Program-made: the position numbers and the translations under genes
In this document: in pieces, positions 29,085-39,034 of the stretch
Layout of the letters: the number at the start of each line of letters is the position of its first letter
Numbering within the stretch: position 1 is the stretch's first letter
The notes under the pieces: model-generated
Told to the model about the DNA's origin: nothing
Database searches by the model: none
What the model saw: the letters and a program-made list of their open reading frames with translations, nothing else
NCBI GenBank assembly: GCA_963772835.1
Contig: CAVYYZ010000006.1
Span: forward strand, 1-64,000
Direction of reading: 5' to 3'
Origin: an uncultured delta proteobacterium
GTDB lineage: Bacteria > Desulfobacterota > Desulfuromonadia > Geobacterales > Pseudopelobacteraceae
DNA length: 64,000 nucleotides

Positions 29085-29489
29085 ATGCGAATAATACGAG
29101 TTACTGAGGATGTCTGGCAGGCCATTGCATCACGAGGGAAATTCGGTGAGACAGAGAACGATGTGCTAGAAAGAGTCTTCGACATCAGTAAACCTATAGA
29201 ACAGCCTCGGATCCAAACGGGAGTTCGCAGCCTTAACTCAAGTTCTCAGAAGCGCCACCACTTTGCTACGACCAAGATGAGTGCAGAGGTCAGAGGCAAG
29301 ATTCTGTACGTCAGTTTCGACCATGGAGCATCAGACTCGTGGGTGTTACCTGAAAAGTCAGACAAGAGTTCCATCCGTATTGCTCGGGACAACGCTGTAG
29401 AATTCTCCAAGCAGAATGGAGCCTCATATGGTCAAGAACAGGCAGTAAAAAAAGCACTGACTGATGCTGGTTACTGGCTTAGTAAATAG
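29085..29489 (+). CDS. Hypothetical protein with a SeqA-N/ribbon-helix-helix-like N-terminus
   Basis: GGGAG RBS; MRIIRVTEDVWQAIASRGKFGETENDVLERVF has the beta-strand/helix/GE-S/T..D.L.R pattern of the SeqA N-terminal domain. Confidence 0.65.
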   Translation: MRIIRVTEDVWQAIASRGKFGETENDVLERVFDISKPIEQPRIQTGVRSLNSSSQKRHHFATTKMSAEVRGKILYVSFDHGASDSWVLPEKSDKSSIRIARDNAVEFSKQNGASYGQEQAVKKALTDAGYWLSK

Positions 29490-29732
29490 GATGAAATTCC
29501 GAAGGGGCCACCTTTGACACGAGACAATTTAGAACTAACCAAAACGCCGTGAAGCCTTTTTTACAAGGCGTCCCGGCGTTTTCCAAAAGTCAAGTGGGGA
29601 CAATGGAGCGTTACGCAACTTAGATCGGGCGAGAAAGAACAATGTCCAATGCCAAAACCGGCCAAGAAATCGTTTACCAGGCTTTGGGCGTTGAACAAAA
29701 GTTCTCAAATACTTAAATCAAGAGGTAATACA

Positions 29733-30245
29733 ATGACCAAGAAAATTATTAAATGTGCGATTGCAGTCATTCTGGCTTTTCAAATGGCGGGATGTGCACA
29801 AACAATGCAATTCAAGCCCGAACCAGTGGCAACAAATTTTCAGTTTGCTGGACTACCGGCTAATTCGGTAAAGGTTGAGATTTTGGATCTTCGACCACAA
29901 GGTGAAAACTTAGATGGATTACCAGAGGTGATTAAACTTCAGATTGAATCTGCCTTATCAAAAAGCCCATCTAATAACCGAAGTGGTATCTATGTCCTAC
30001 GAATGGATATAATTGAACATCGTGCCTTCTTCACAATGGGGAACTGGAATGCTTCTACACGATTACGTGCTAATTTACTTGATCCTAAAGGCAGCACTCT
30101 AGGTAAATGGGATAGTGTTGGAAATGCTCATAGATCAAATATGGGGGGATACGTTACTGCTCAAGCGGTATCGCAAGATGCTTATAATATTGCTACAGCA
30201 GACATGATGTCCACATTATCGTCTATCAAGCTACCATCAAATTGA
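29733..30245 (+). CDS. Hypothetical lipoprotein (possibly YajG-like)
   Basis: GAGG RBS, MTKK plus hydrophobic stretch plus lipobox MAGC; V.V.I.DLRP motif; visibly AT-rich. Confidence 0.7.
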   Translation: MTKKIIKCAIAVILAFQMAGCAQTMQFKPEPVATNFQFAGLPANSVKVEILDLRPQGENLDGLPEVIKLQIESALSKSPSNNRSGIYVLRMDIIEHRAFFTMGNWNASTRLRANLLDPKGSTLGKWDSVGNAHRSNMGGYVTAQAVSQDAYNIATADMMSTLSSIKLPSN

Positions 30246-30303
30246 GAATTATTTACCAGCAGAAGAATAGGGACTTCCCATTTATCCAGTAACTTTAACG
30301 AAG

Positions 30304-30339
30304 AAACGGGGAACCGCTGAAAAGGCGGCTCCCCGTTTT
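30304..30339 (+). terminator. Probable intrinsic terminator
   Basis: AAACGGGGAACCGC-TGAAAAG-GCGGCTCCCCGTTTT hairpin after the lipoprotein gene. Confidence 0.6.
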
Positions 30340-30527
30340 ACTACTTTGTCGTTGTCCTGAAATTCAGACAGTATATTTTGGCAACACCCCCCCGGGATCG
30401 TCACCAAATCAAAGTCGAGGGAGTATTTCTCCAGGGGCTACATGCAAATAAGAGCTTTTGTTGCCCGAACATACAAGCAGATGTATACTGAAACGCAAAA
30501 TCTGGATTGAAAGGCAGGTGTCCTGCT

Positions 30528-30728
30528 ATGCGACCTATCCGCCACATAATAAATGACGCACCTTCCATGTTTCCGTTACCGGTCGAACTACATCATAAAA
30601 GACTTGAGATAATTATCTGGCCATTTTCCGAACAAGCAACGCCAGTACCGCGATCATTCAAGTCTTTACTCATGAAAATGCCCAATGTCGGAAACGATAG
30701 CGACTTTGCCCGCCACGAAAATTACTGA
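30528..30728 (+). CDS. Small antitoxin-like protein
   Basis: 66 aa; LP.EL...RLEIIIWP followed by SFKSLLMKMPNVGNDSDFAR, a tail typical of small VapB-type antitoxins. Confidence 0.5.
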   Translation: MRPIRHIINDAPSMFPLPVELHHKRLEIIIWPFSEQATPVPRSFKSLLMKMPNVGNDSDFARHENY

Positions 30729-30741
30729 AAGGAGGCTGAAA

Positions 30742-31065
30742 ATGCCCATGACACAAAAGGATCTTCAAACAGCTATGGAATTTAAAAAACGCGTATCAAA
30801 ACTTACACCGCTTATTGATTTCCGACTTTTTGGTTCCCGAGCGCGTGGCGATGCTGATGAGTTTTCCGATATGGATATTTTTATGGAATTTGAAACGGTG
30901 GACAAAGAGTTGAAATGCAGGGTTAAAAACGCTGCCTGGGAGATGACGCTGGAAACCGGGATTGTTGTCACGACGCTTTTGTTCAGCAGGTACGAGATCG
31001 AAGAATCTGCTTTACGTTCATCTCCTATTATTCGAGTAATTATGGAAGAAGGGGTCCCCGTATGA
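30742..31065 (+). CDS. Minimal nucleotidyltransferase (MNT)
   Basis: LFGSRARGD...SDMDI motif; AGGAGG RBS. Confidence 0.92.
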   Translation: MPMTQKDLQTAMEFKKRVSKLTPLIDFRLFGSRARGDADEFSDMDIFMEFETVDKELKCRVKNAAWEMTLETGIVVTTLLFSRYEIEESALRSSPIIRVIMEEGVPV

Positions 31066-31454
31066 CAGATCGTGAAACCATTTTTGCTTACCGCATGAGA
31101 CAAACTGAGGAAACACTCGCTGAAGCAGTCAAGATGCTGGAGACGGGCTTTTCTCCCCGCTCAATTGTTAATCGGTCGTATTATGCGATGTTCTATGCGG
31201 TCCTGGCGCTTTTTATCCATTCCAACACCCCACACAAAACATCAAAACATTCCGGAGTGATAGGGATCTTTAACAAGGAGTTTATCCATACCGGGAAGCT
31301 TGATGCACGTTTTGCCAAGATGCTTTATGACCTGTTTGATGAACGCATGGAGTTGGATTACAGGGATTTTGCCGAAGTTTCTGAGGAAGATGCCCGCATT
31401 GCGGTATTATCAGCGCAGGAATTTGTCTCTGAAATCAGAAAACTTACGGAATAA
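31062..31454 (+). CDS. HEPN-domain protein, partner of MNT
   Basis: NRSYYAMFYA, SKHSGVI..F, R...DY; ATGA overlap with MNT. Confidence 0.9.
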   Translation: MTDRETIFAYRMRQTEETLAEAVKMLETGFSPRSIVNRSYYAMFYAVLALFIHSNTPHKTSKHSGVIGIFNKEFIHTGKLDARFAKMLYDLFDERMELDYRDFAEVSEEDARIAVLSAQEFVSEIRKLTE

Positions 31455-31554
31455 CAAAGAAAAAACCGAATGATTGATCCAGGCTTATGACCCGCCAAAA
31501 AAACCGGCGGGTCAAAGCCATGCTCGTTCAGCGACAAAAAATAAAGAGGTATCT

Positions 31555-33447
31555 GTGGCACTTATATCACTTCGCGACATAACACTGGCCTTCGGCGGCC
31601 CCCCTCTCTTTAACGGCATCAACCTGCAGATCGAGCAGGGGGACCGGCTCTGTCTGATGGGTCGTAACGGCAGCGGCAAATCGACACTGCTCAAACTGAT
31701 CGGCGGAGAGTTGACGCCGGAGGGGGGCGAGATTCAGCGCCAACAGGGTCTCAAAGTGGCCCAGCTTACGCAGGACGTGCCGCAGGGTTTGACCGGAACG
31801 GTCTTTGACATCGTCGCTTCCGGGATGGGTACCGCAGCAGCCGTGCTTGCAGAGTACCACCATGTCAGCCATGAACTGGCGCACGACAACAGCCCGAAGC
31901 TGCTGGCGCGTCTGGAAACCCTGCAAAAAGAGCTGGAGGAGAATGATGGCTGGAATCTGCATCAGGAGGTGGAACGGGTGCTGAACCGTCTGGATCTGGA
32001 TGCCGAGGCTGAATTCACCGAACTTTCCGGAGGCACCAAACGTCGCGTACTGCTGGCACGGGCTCTCGTCTCAAATCCCGATATTCTCATTCTGGACGAA
32101 CCGACCAACCACCTCGACATCGATACCATCCTCTGGCTGGAGGAGTTTCTCGCTAAAAATGTCAGGACAGTTATTTTTGTGACCCATGACCGTGCCTTTG
32201 CCCGGCGGCTGGCCAACCGTGTTGCAGAACTGGATCGGGGCCGGATCTATGCATTCTCCTGCGGCTACGACGAATTCGTTGAACGGCGCGAAGCGCTGCT
32301 GGAGGCGGAAATTTCCCGGCAGGCGCTGTTTGATAAAAAACTGGCGCAGGAAGAGGTCTGGGTCAGGCAGGGAATCAAAGCCCGCCGCACCCGGAATGAA
32401 GGGCGCGTACGGGCGCTGAAGAAACTGCGGGAAGAATCCCGGCAGCGGAGAGAACGGCAGGGGACTGCCAAAATCCAGCTGCAGGTGGCTGATCGCTCCG
32501 GTGCGCTGGTTACAGAGGCGTCGGGTGTGACCTTTGCCTACGACGGCCGTCCGATAGTTGAGAATCTCTCCACCACGATCATGCGCGGAGACCGGATCGG
32601 GATTATCGGCCCGAATGGGTCGGGTAAAACAACTCTGCTCCGTCTGCTTCTTGGTGAACTGGAACCGCAACTGGGAGAGATCAAACTGGGCACCCGGCGC
32701 GAGGTGATCTATTTCGATCAGCTGCGCGAACAGCTTGATCTGGACAAAAGTGTTCAGGAGAACGTGGGGGAGGGGAACGATACCCTGATCATAAATGGCC
32801 AGTCCCGTCATATCATCGGTTATCTGCAGGATTTTCTCTTTTCACCGGAGCGGGCGCGCTCCCCGGTCAGTATCCTGTCGGGTGGCGAGCGCAACCGGCT
32901 GCTTCTCGCAAAGCTCTTCACCAAACCTTCCAATATCCTGGTGATGGATGAACCGACGAACGACCTTGATGCCGAGACCCTCGACCTGCTGGAGGATCTG
33001 CTGATGGAATATCCCGGTACGCTGCTTCTGGTAAGCCACGATCGGGATTTCCTTAACAATGTTGTTTCGAGTACGCTGGTGCTGTCCGGCGACGGGTCCG
33101 TACGGGAGTTTGTCGGCGGATATGACGACTGGCTTAATCAGGCCGCGGCGGAAACAGCAGCAGTGGTCCAGGCTTCGCAGAAAGCCGCCACGGATAAGGG
33201 GAAGCCTCAGAAAGAAAAGGCCCGCAAGCTTTCATTCAATGATCAACGTGAGCTGGATTCACTGCCGGAACAGATCGCCGCCATCGAAAAAGAGCAGCAG
33301 GAGTTGCACGCCCGCCTGGCCGATCCCGATTTCTACAAGAGCGCGGGAGGAGAGGTGGCTGTCCTGAACGCCCGTCTGGCGGTGCTGGAAGGGGAGCTGG
33401 AAGAGGCCTTTCTGCGTTGGGATGAACTGGAGAGTTTGAAGGGGTAA
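31555..33447 (+). CDS. uup: ABC-F family ATPase, Uup-like
   Basis: Two ABC domains, EE.WVRQGIKARRTRNEGRVRALK linker, KLSF...REL C-terminal domain; GTG start after GAGG. Confidence 0.88.
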   Translation: MALISLRDITLAFGGPPLFNGINLQIEQGDRLCLMGRNGSGKSTLLKLIGGELTPEGGEIQRQQGLKVAQLTQDVPQGLTGTVFDIVASGMGTAAAVLAEYHHVSHELAHDNSPKLLARLETLQKELEENDGWNLHQEVERVLNRLDLDAEAEFTELSGGTKRRVLLARALVSNPDILILDEPTNHLDIDTILWLEEFLAKNVRTVIFVTHDRAFARRLANRVAELDRGRIYAFSCGYDEFVERREALLEAEISRQALFDKKLAQEEVWVRQGIKARRTRNEGRVRALKKLREESRQRRERQGTAKIQLQVADRSGALVTEASGVTFAYDGRPIVENLSTTIMRGDRIGIIGPNGSGKTTLLRLLLGELEPQLGEIKLGTRREVIYFDQLREQLDLDKSVQENVGEGNDTLIINGQSRHIIGYLQDFLFSPERARSPVSILSGGERNRLLLAKLFTKPSNILVMDEPTNDLDAETLDLLEDLLMEYPGTLLLVSHDRDFLNNVVSSTLVLSGDGSVREFVGGYDDWLNQAAAETAAVVQASQKAATDKGKPQKEKARKLSFNDQRELDSLPEQIAAIEKEQQELHARLADPDFYKSAGGEVAVLNARLAVLEGELEEAFLRWDELESLKG

Positions 33448-33450
33448 TGA

Positions 33451-34653
33451 CTACTCCACAACCGGCATTCGCAGCAGTAACGCTGCCACACCTAAGGCTG
33501 CCAGCAAAAGCAGTGCTATCATCGCCGCCACCCCGTCCCACCCGAAATGCTGCCAGAACAGTCCCCCCACGGTGCCTGAAACGCTTGAACCGAGATAATA
33601 GGCGAACAGATAGAGAGACGAGGCCTGGGCTTTAGCCGTCCGGGCGCGCCTGCCGACCCAGCTGGAAGCGATTGCATGGGCGCTGAAGAAGCCGCAGGTA
33701 AAGATCCCCACTCCCGCTACGATAAGCACGAGCGACCCGGCCAGTGTGACCAGTGTCCCTGCCAGCATGGTCGCCAGAGTCATCCTGATCATGAAAGGTC
33801 GCCCGAATCGGTGAATCAGGCTGCCGACAACCCCCGAACTGAACGATCCCAGCAGATAGACCAGAAAAATAAGGCTGACCTGAAACTGACTGAGGTAATA
33901 CGGTGCGGCCAGCAGTCTGAAGCCGATGTAGTTGTAGAGCGAGATGAACCCGCCCATCGAAAGAAAGGCCAGCGCGTACAGGCAGAGCAGTCCGGGGTCG
34001 TGCAGGTGCTGGAATAAAGAGGTGAACAGGTAACGCATCCGGAAAGGTCGCTGGCTGAAGTTGGTGGAGGGGGGGAGGCTCTTCAAAAACAGCAGGCTGA
34101 GAAGCAGGCTGATGACACCGATCAGAGCGATTGCCGTGTGCCAGGGGAAATGCCCGCAGAGCAGAGCCGACCCGATGCGCCCGGACATCCCCCCCAGCGC
34201 ATTGCCGCTGATATAAAGCCCCATGGCATGGCCGATCGCCTGCGCATCCATCTCTTCCCCCAAATATGCCATCGCCACAGAGGGGACACCAGCCAGAACG
34301 AGACCCTGCATTAGACGCAGAATCAGCAGCGATTGGAACGAGTGGCTGAAGATTGTTGCCACTGCCAGAAATGACGTCAGAAAGAGTGCGGTCGACATAA
34401 CCTGACGTCGTCCGAGCGTTTCGGATACGGTGCCGGCAATCAGCATGCCGAGTGCCAAAGCAATGGTTGAAAATGAAAGCGGCAGACTGGCTACGGCCGG
34501 TGAAACTCCGAACTCCTGTGCGAACAGGGGGAGGAGCGGTTGTATGTCATAGAGCGTGACAAATGTAACGAAGCCAGCGCAGAACAGAGCTATGTTAATA
34601 CGCCGGAATGCAGTAGTTCCGACCCGCACCTGTCCTTCCGTCCCAACGGGCAT
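33451..34653 (-). CDS. MFS transporter (YnfM-like)
   Basis: LY..QPLLP, SE.LGRR, AMAYLGEE, GLYISGN..GGM.GR, ASSLYLFAYY.GSS. Confidence 0.9.
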   Translation of the reverse strand: MPVGTEGQVRVGTTAFRRINIALFCAGFVTFVTLYDIQPLLPLFAQEFGVSPAVASLPLSFSTIALALGMLIAGTVSETLGRRQVMSTALFLTSFLAVATIFSHSFQSLLILRLMQGLVLAGVPSVAMAYLGEEMDAQAIGHAMGLYISGNALGGMSGRIGSALLCGHFPWHTAIALIGVISLLLSLLFLKSLPPSTNFSQRPFRMRYLFTSLFQHLHDPGLLCLYALAFLSMGGFISLYNYIGFRLLAAPYYLSQFQVSLIFLVYLLGSFSSGVVGSLIHRFGRPFMIRMTLATMLAGTLVTLAGSLVLIVAGVGIFTCGFFSAHAIASSWVGRRARTAKAQASSLYLFAYYLGSSVSGTVGGLFWQHFGWDGVAAMIALLLLAALGVAALLLRMPVVE

Positions 34654-34871
34654 GATTTCTCCTTTTGAATACGTGCGGCCGAGTCAGTCAATAGCAAAAA
34701 CACCGCTAAAATACTACACGAAGTTTACGGGCGCGCTTGCGTAATGTAAAAATTAAAGAACTCTATTGACAACGGAGAATATTTGCGAGATTGTTCACCC
34801 AAATGGCTGAAAATTGCCGGAGGCGTCGGAAATGCGGGCGGTACATTCCGGACTTATACCCAGGGGGGAAC

Positions 34872-36302
34872 ATGAACGTATTATTTAAAGCCTGCGGACA
34901 GATTACAATTCTGGTGACATTTCTCGCGATGTTCGGCTGCGCCGGCTCCTCGACCTTTACGGCGTACCCCCAGAAAATCGAGCCCCTTATCACCTCCCTG
35001 TCAACCCGTACTCCGACCGATTTGACGCAGTGCATGCTGAGTGAGTGCACCGGCAATGATCTGATTCTCTACAACATGGAACGCGGGCGATATGCATATG
35101 TGATCGGAAACAGTGACGTCAGTATGGCTGACTTCAAGGTTTCGATGGGAAAAATCAGGGAAAATGACGAAAAAGCTCTGATCAGCGCATCAGATATCGG
35201 CGCCAATGTGGCGGCAACAATGGTTAATGATAACGCGATTCCTTACGAGGGAGAGGGTTACGAACGGGTCTTGCTGCATCACTACCAGGCGCTTAATTAT
35301 CTGAGAAAGAAGGATCTCGAGGGTGCCGGAGTCGAGGTCAGGCGTGCCAATGCCGAGCAGAACGACGCACTGAAACGTTTTGAAAAGGAGTTGGCGAAAG
35401 GGCAGGACGGGGCGGATTCCAACAGCGTATCCCGGGTCGATTCCCAGTACGCACAAATGGACGAGGTCGCCGGTAAGGTAAAAAACTCGTTCCAGAATGC
35501 ATACACTTTCTACGTTTCCGGATTTGTTTATGAATTGCTCCGGCAGCCTAATGATGCCTATATCGATTATAAAAAAGCGCTGGAGATCTACCCGAATAAC
35601 AGGTATCTGCAGAAAGATGTGCTGCGGCTCGCCGCCAAACTTGAAATGAACGACGAGCTTGGCGAGCTGAAGAAACGGTTTCCGATTGGAAACAAAAAAT
35701 TTATCGATGAAAGCGGCCCTGATACCGGTGAGCTTCTGGTGCTTTTTGAAGATGGGTTTGTCCCTCAGAAACAGGAAATAAAAATACCGATTCCGATCAG
35801 CAGCTCCGGACTTGTAACTTTGGCATTTCCAATTTATAAGGAAAGATGGTCGGCTCAGGTCCCGCTGCGGATCCTCAGCAAAAATGAATATATCGGCAGC
35901 ACCGAGCCTATCTGTGATGTCCGTGCGCTGGCGGTAAAGGCGCTAAAAGAAAAGGCGGGGGTGATTGCCGCGCGTCAGGTCATCCGTGCCGTTGCGAAAG
36001 GTGTTACTGCTGCCGCAGCTAAAGAGACCTTTGGTGAATTCGGCAAGTTTGCCACGAACGTCTGGAACTTTGTCAGTGAAAATGCCGATCTTCGCAGTTG
36101 GCTGACATTGCCGTCTAATGCCCAGATACTGCGGATATCACTGCCGGCGGGGAGCCATAATCTGGCTCTGCAGCATCCGATGGCAGTCAGTACGACGTAC
36201 ATTGATGTCGATATACCGGCGGATGGCAAAACAGTCGTGCTGGTAACACGGGCAGGGGGGCAGCTTTACACTTCTGCAACCCCATTCTCGCGATCAGAAT
36301 AG
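34872..36302 (+). CDS. COG3014-family TPR-like lipoprotein
   Basis: Lipobox MFGC; NDNAIPYEGE.YE, VKNSFQNAY, ADLRSWLTLP. Confidence 0.8.
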   Translation: MNVLFKACGQITILVTFLAMFGCAGSSTFTAYPQKIEPLITSLSTRTPTDLTQCMLSECTGNDLILYNMERGRYAYVIGNSDVSMADFKVSMGKIRENDEKALISASDIGANVAATMVNDNAIPYEGEGYERVLLHHYQALNYLRKKDLEGAGVEVRRANAEQNDALKRFEKELAKGQDGADSNSVSRVDSQYAQMDEVAGKVKNSFQNAYTFYVSGFVYELLRQPNDAYIDYKKALEIYPNNRYLQKDVLRLAAKLEMNDELGELKKRFPIGNKKFIDESGPDTGELLVLFEDGFVPQKQEIKIPIPISSSGLVTLAFPIYKERWSAQVPLRILSKNEYIGSTEPICDVRALAVKALKEKAGVIAARQVIRAVAKGVTAAAAKETFGEFGKFATNVWNFVSENADLRSWLTLPSNAQILRISLPAGSHNLALQHPMAVSTTYIDVDIPADGKTVVLVTRAGGQLYTSATPFSRSE

Positions 36303-36317
36303 AACGAGGAGGAGTAT

Positions 36318-37436
36318 ATGAAAATAGTCCTGTTGTTTCTCGGTACACTGTTGGTCTGTCCCGGTTTCGTTCTGTCTGGCTTTTCTGCGGAAAGTCAGCC
36401 CGACCAGCCGACGCTGCGCGCCGCTATTTTTATCCAAAATAGAGCCGGGGATGATTTTAGCGGCAAACTTGACGTGTTGAACGATCTGTTGACAGCCCGC
36501 TTGACTGAGAAGGGCTTTTCAGTGATTGACCGCAGTGTGGTGGCCGCCCGGTTCCGGGAGGCGCGAGATATTGATCCGGCACTGCAGCATGAGGTAAGTG
36601 CCCTGTCGGGCGGTTCGGGAGATATTGAGAACTCACTGTCCGGTGCTTCGGCTTTGCGCATCGCGCAGATGATCGGAGCTGATTACCTGATAATGGCCTC
36701 TTTGACCTCGTTCGGCCAGGAAACCAGGACGTTCCAGGGAGAAGGAACGAGCTATGGAACAAACAACAAAAGCTATCTCTATACACTCCGGATTGCCCTC
36801 AAGGTGTTGGAAGGGAATTCCGGCGGCACGGTGTACGGTGATCTGGTCTCCGTTGCGGAACGGGTTGCCGTTGTGCAGCAGCTGAAAATAGAATCAACCG
36901 AAGTTGTTAATAAATTACTGGATGCCGGCGCACTCAAAGTGGCTGATACTGTCGGTGCCAAAATTCAGAGAATTCGTGATGTCAAGGTAAAGGCGGCAGC
37001 AGTTGTCGAGTTTTCAGTGAATAGCAGTGTCGACGGTGCTACTGTTGAACTGGACGGTGCAGTCATCGGCTCAACACCCGGCCGTTTTGCCGCAGCACCC
37101 GGTCTGCATCAATTAAAGATTGCAAAACAGTGGCTGACCACATGGGACAAGACAGTCAATATTTTTTCCAATCAGGTCCTGACGGTGACGCTTGAACTCT
37201 CAGCCGAAGGACTCAAGCGCTACTCTACTATTGAACAGCTAAAACTTGACCTGGCCCGAACAAAGATGCAATCCGAAATAGAGGTAAAAGAGCGGGAAGG
37301 AAACATCGAGACGAACAAGCAGCTGAGCGAAGCCGATGCCTACTCTAAAAAGACGATTGCCGATGGTGAAAAGAAGAAGCGGGAAGACAGTTACGACCGG
37401 GTCGAGACTGCACCATCCACTGTAATTAACAAATAG
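36318..37436 (+). CDS. Secreted protein with a CsgG/TolB_N-like domain and a PEGA domain
   Basis: Signal peptide; F.VIDRS and AQMIGADYLI; PEGA-like S.VDGATVELDG..IG.TP...PG.H. Confidence 0.7.
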   Translation: MKIVLLFLGTLLVCPGFVLSGFSAESQPDQPTLRAAIFIQNRAGDDFSGKLDVLNDLLTARLTEKGFSVIDRSVVAARFREARDIDPALQHEVSALSGGSGDIENSLSGASALRIAQMIGADYLIMASLTSFGQETRTFQGEGTSYGTNNKSYLYTLRIALKVLEGNSGGTVYGDLVSVAERVAVVQQLKIESTEVVNKLLDAGALKVADTVGAKIQRIRDVKVKAAAVVEFSVNSSVDGATVELDGAVIGSTPGRFAAAPGLHQLKIAKQWLTTWDKTVNIFSNQVLTVTLELSAEGLKRYSTIEQLKLDLARTKMQSEIEVKEREGNIETNKQLSEADAYSKKTIADGEKKKREDSYDRVETAPSTVINK

Positions 37437-37449
37437 AAGGGAGTATACT

Positions 37450-38475
37450 ATGCGTGTAGTGTCAAGAGTGTGTACCGTACTAATTATCTCTATTCTACTG
37501 GTGCCGTTGTGTGCTTCAGCTGCAGAACTGAGCAAGGGGGAGAAGGACACCATTTTTATCGGTACGCTGAAGGTTCAGCCGTCAGTCATTGAAATGGCGG
37601 TGAAAAAGAATCGACAGGCTGAGCTGAGGCGGGTCATTAACTCCCTGGAAACCCAGTTTATTTCCGCGCTGAATTCGACCCGCGTATTTCAGCTGGTAGA
37701 GCGAAGTCGCAAGGGAGATATTGAGCTAGAGCAGGGTTTTGCAGCAGTGGCCGTCGATCCGAATGACAAGAATGCTGCCCAGGCCGGTAAGATGGCCGGC
37801 GCCAAGTTTGCCTTCCTGCCGCAGATTGACGGTTTTGACGACAAATCCGAGACGACAGAATATCAGGCAATCGGCCGGGGATCTCTGAGCCGCAAGCTGT
37901 TTTTGTCGGCAGTGGTTCAGGTCGTCGACACGACAACCGGAAAATTGCTCCCCGATTCTCCCAGCATCCAGCTCAACATGAATGAAGAGGTTGAGAATGC
38001 TAAATTAGGGCAGATTTCAGGGAGTGACGAAATCCTCGTCTCACTGGCCAAAGAAATGGCACGAAAACTTTCGCAGGAGGTCGTTGCGCTTCTTCGCCCG
38101 GCAAAGGTTCTGGCGGTCACCGGCAAACAGGTAATGATCAATCGGGGCAGCGACGCGGGGTTCGTAAAGGGTAATATTGTTGAAATATATGCTGTTCAGA
38201 GCGTCAAGGATGATGACACCGGTGAATTATTGAATAACGAGGTGCCGGTTGGGCAGGCGATTATCGGCCGGATTGATAGAAATATCAGTTATGCAGCCAT
38301 CAGCGGTGACGACATGGGAATTACCAAAGGGTGCGTGGTCCGTTTTTTGAGAACGGCGACCGCGCCTGTCGTTGAAATGGCGCCACCGCCAGATGTGACA
38401 CTGCCTGATTTTGGGTCAAAAGATGCTGCGGGGGATACCCCCGGTTCAAGTGACAAACCACTCAAGTGGAAATAG
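37450..38475 (+). CDS. Secreted CsgG/HfaB-like protein with an FlgT C-terminal-like domain
   Basis: Signal peptide; FQLVERS..D...EQ, GKMAGA, VVDTTTG; V.INRG...G...G. Confidence 0.7.
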   Translation: MRVVSRVCTVLIISILLVPLCASAAELSKGEKDTIFIGTLKVQPSVIEMAVKKNRQAELRRVINSLETQFISALNSTRVFQLVERSRKGDIELEQGFAAVAVDPNDKNAAQAGKMAGAKFAFLPQIDGFDDKSETTEYQAIGRGSLSRKLFLSAVVQVVDTTTGKLLPDSPSIQLNMNEEVENAKLGQISGSDEILVSLAKEMARKLSQEVVALLRPAKVLAVTGKQVMINRGSDAGFVKGNIVEIYAVQSVKDDDTGELLNNEVPVGQAIIGRIDRNISYAAISGDDMGITKGCVVRFLRTATAPVVEMAPPPDVTLPDFGSKDAAGDTPGSSDKPLKWK

Positions 38476-38484
38476 GGAGGAGAC

Positions 38485-38931
38485 ATGATGAGACAGATGA
38501 GAAGCGTTATTGTTGGTGGAATAACAGCAGTTGCTGCCATTGCGTCGCTGGGCCTGGCCGGATGCAGCACAACGGCCGGAGTGGAAACGACCGGCAAATC
38601 GACCTGGGATGAGCAGGGTGCCCGGTCACTTGAAAAGAATGTGGTATTCAACAACAGCGGGCTCAAGGGAGACATTCAGGTTGTCGAAGTAAAAAGCGTC
38701 ATGGCGGGTGATATTATGAGGGTTCAAGCCACGTTGCGATCCAAAGACAAGTCGACCCTGCCTTTTCAGTACCGCTTCGACTGGTATGATGCCGGCGGTC
38801 TTGAAATAAATTCCGGGGCCGGATCCTGGAAGCCGCTCATCCTGTATGGCCGTGAGACCAAAACCATACAGAGTGTGGCGCCGGATCCGCGAGCCAAAGA
38901 GTTCAAGCTTAAAATCCGTGAACCGGACTAG
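38485..38931 (+). CDS. YcfL-family (DUF1425) lipoprotein
   Basis: Lipobox LAGC; QYRFDWYDA.G, W..L.L.G, SVAP.P.A. Confidence 0.85.
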   Translation: MMRQMRSVIVGGITAVAAIASLGLAGCSTTAGVETTGKSTWDEQGARSLEKNVVFNNSGLKGDIQVVEVKSVMAGDIMRVQATLRSKDKSTLPFQYRFDWYDAGGLEINSGAGSWKPLILYGRETKTIQSVAPDPRAKEFKLKIREPD

Positions 38932-39034
38932 CAGGTCATGAGCCCTCTGCCCCGCGAGGGGAGCGGGCCTGAATGCACAATGAGACGGTCTGCAGCATAG
39001 TTACTTAATCTAAACGTAAGCGAGGATACACCCT

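Noticed and set aside
28990..30360. Possible integron cassette array (TCTAAC, GTTGAAC and hairpins around islet genes)
   Set aside because: I could not pair RYYYAAC and GTTRRRY boxes into a convincing attC, and no integrase is present; needs IntegronFinder
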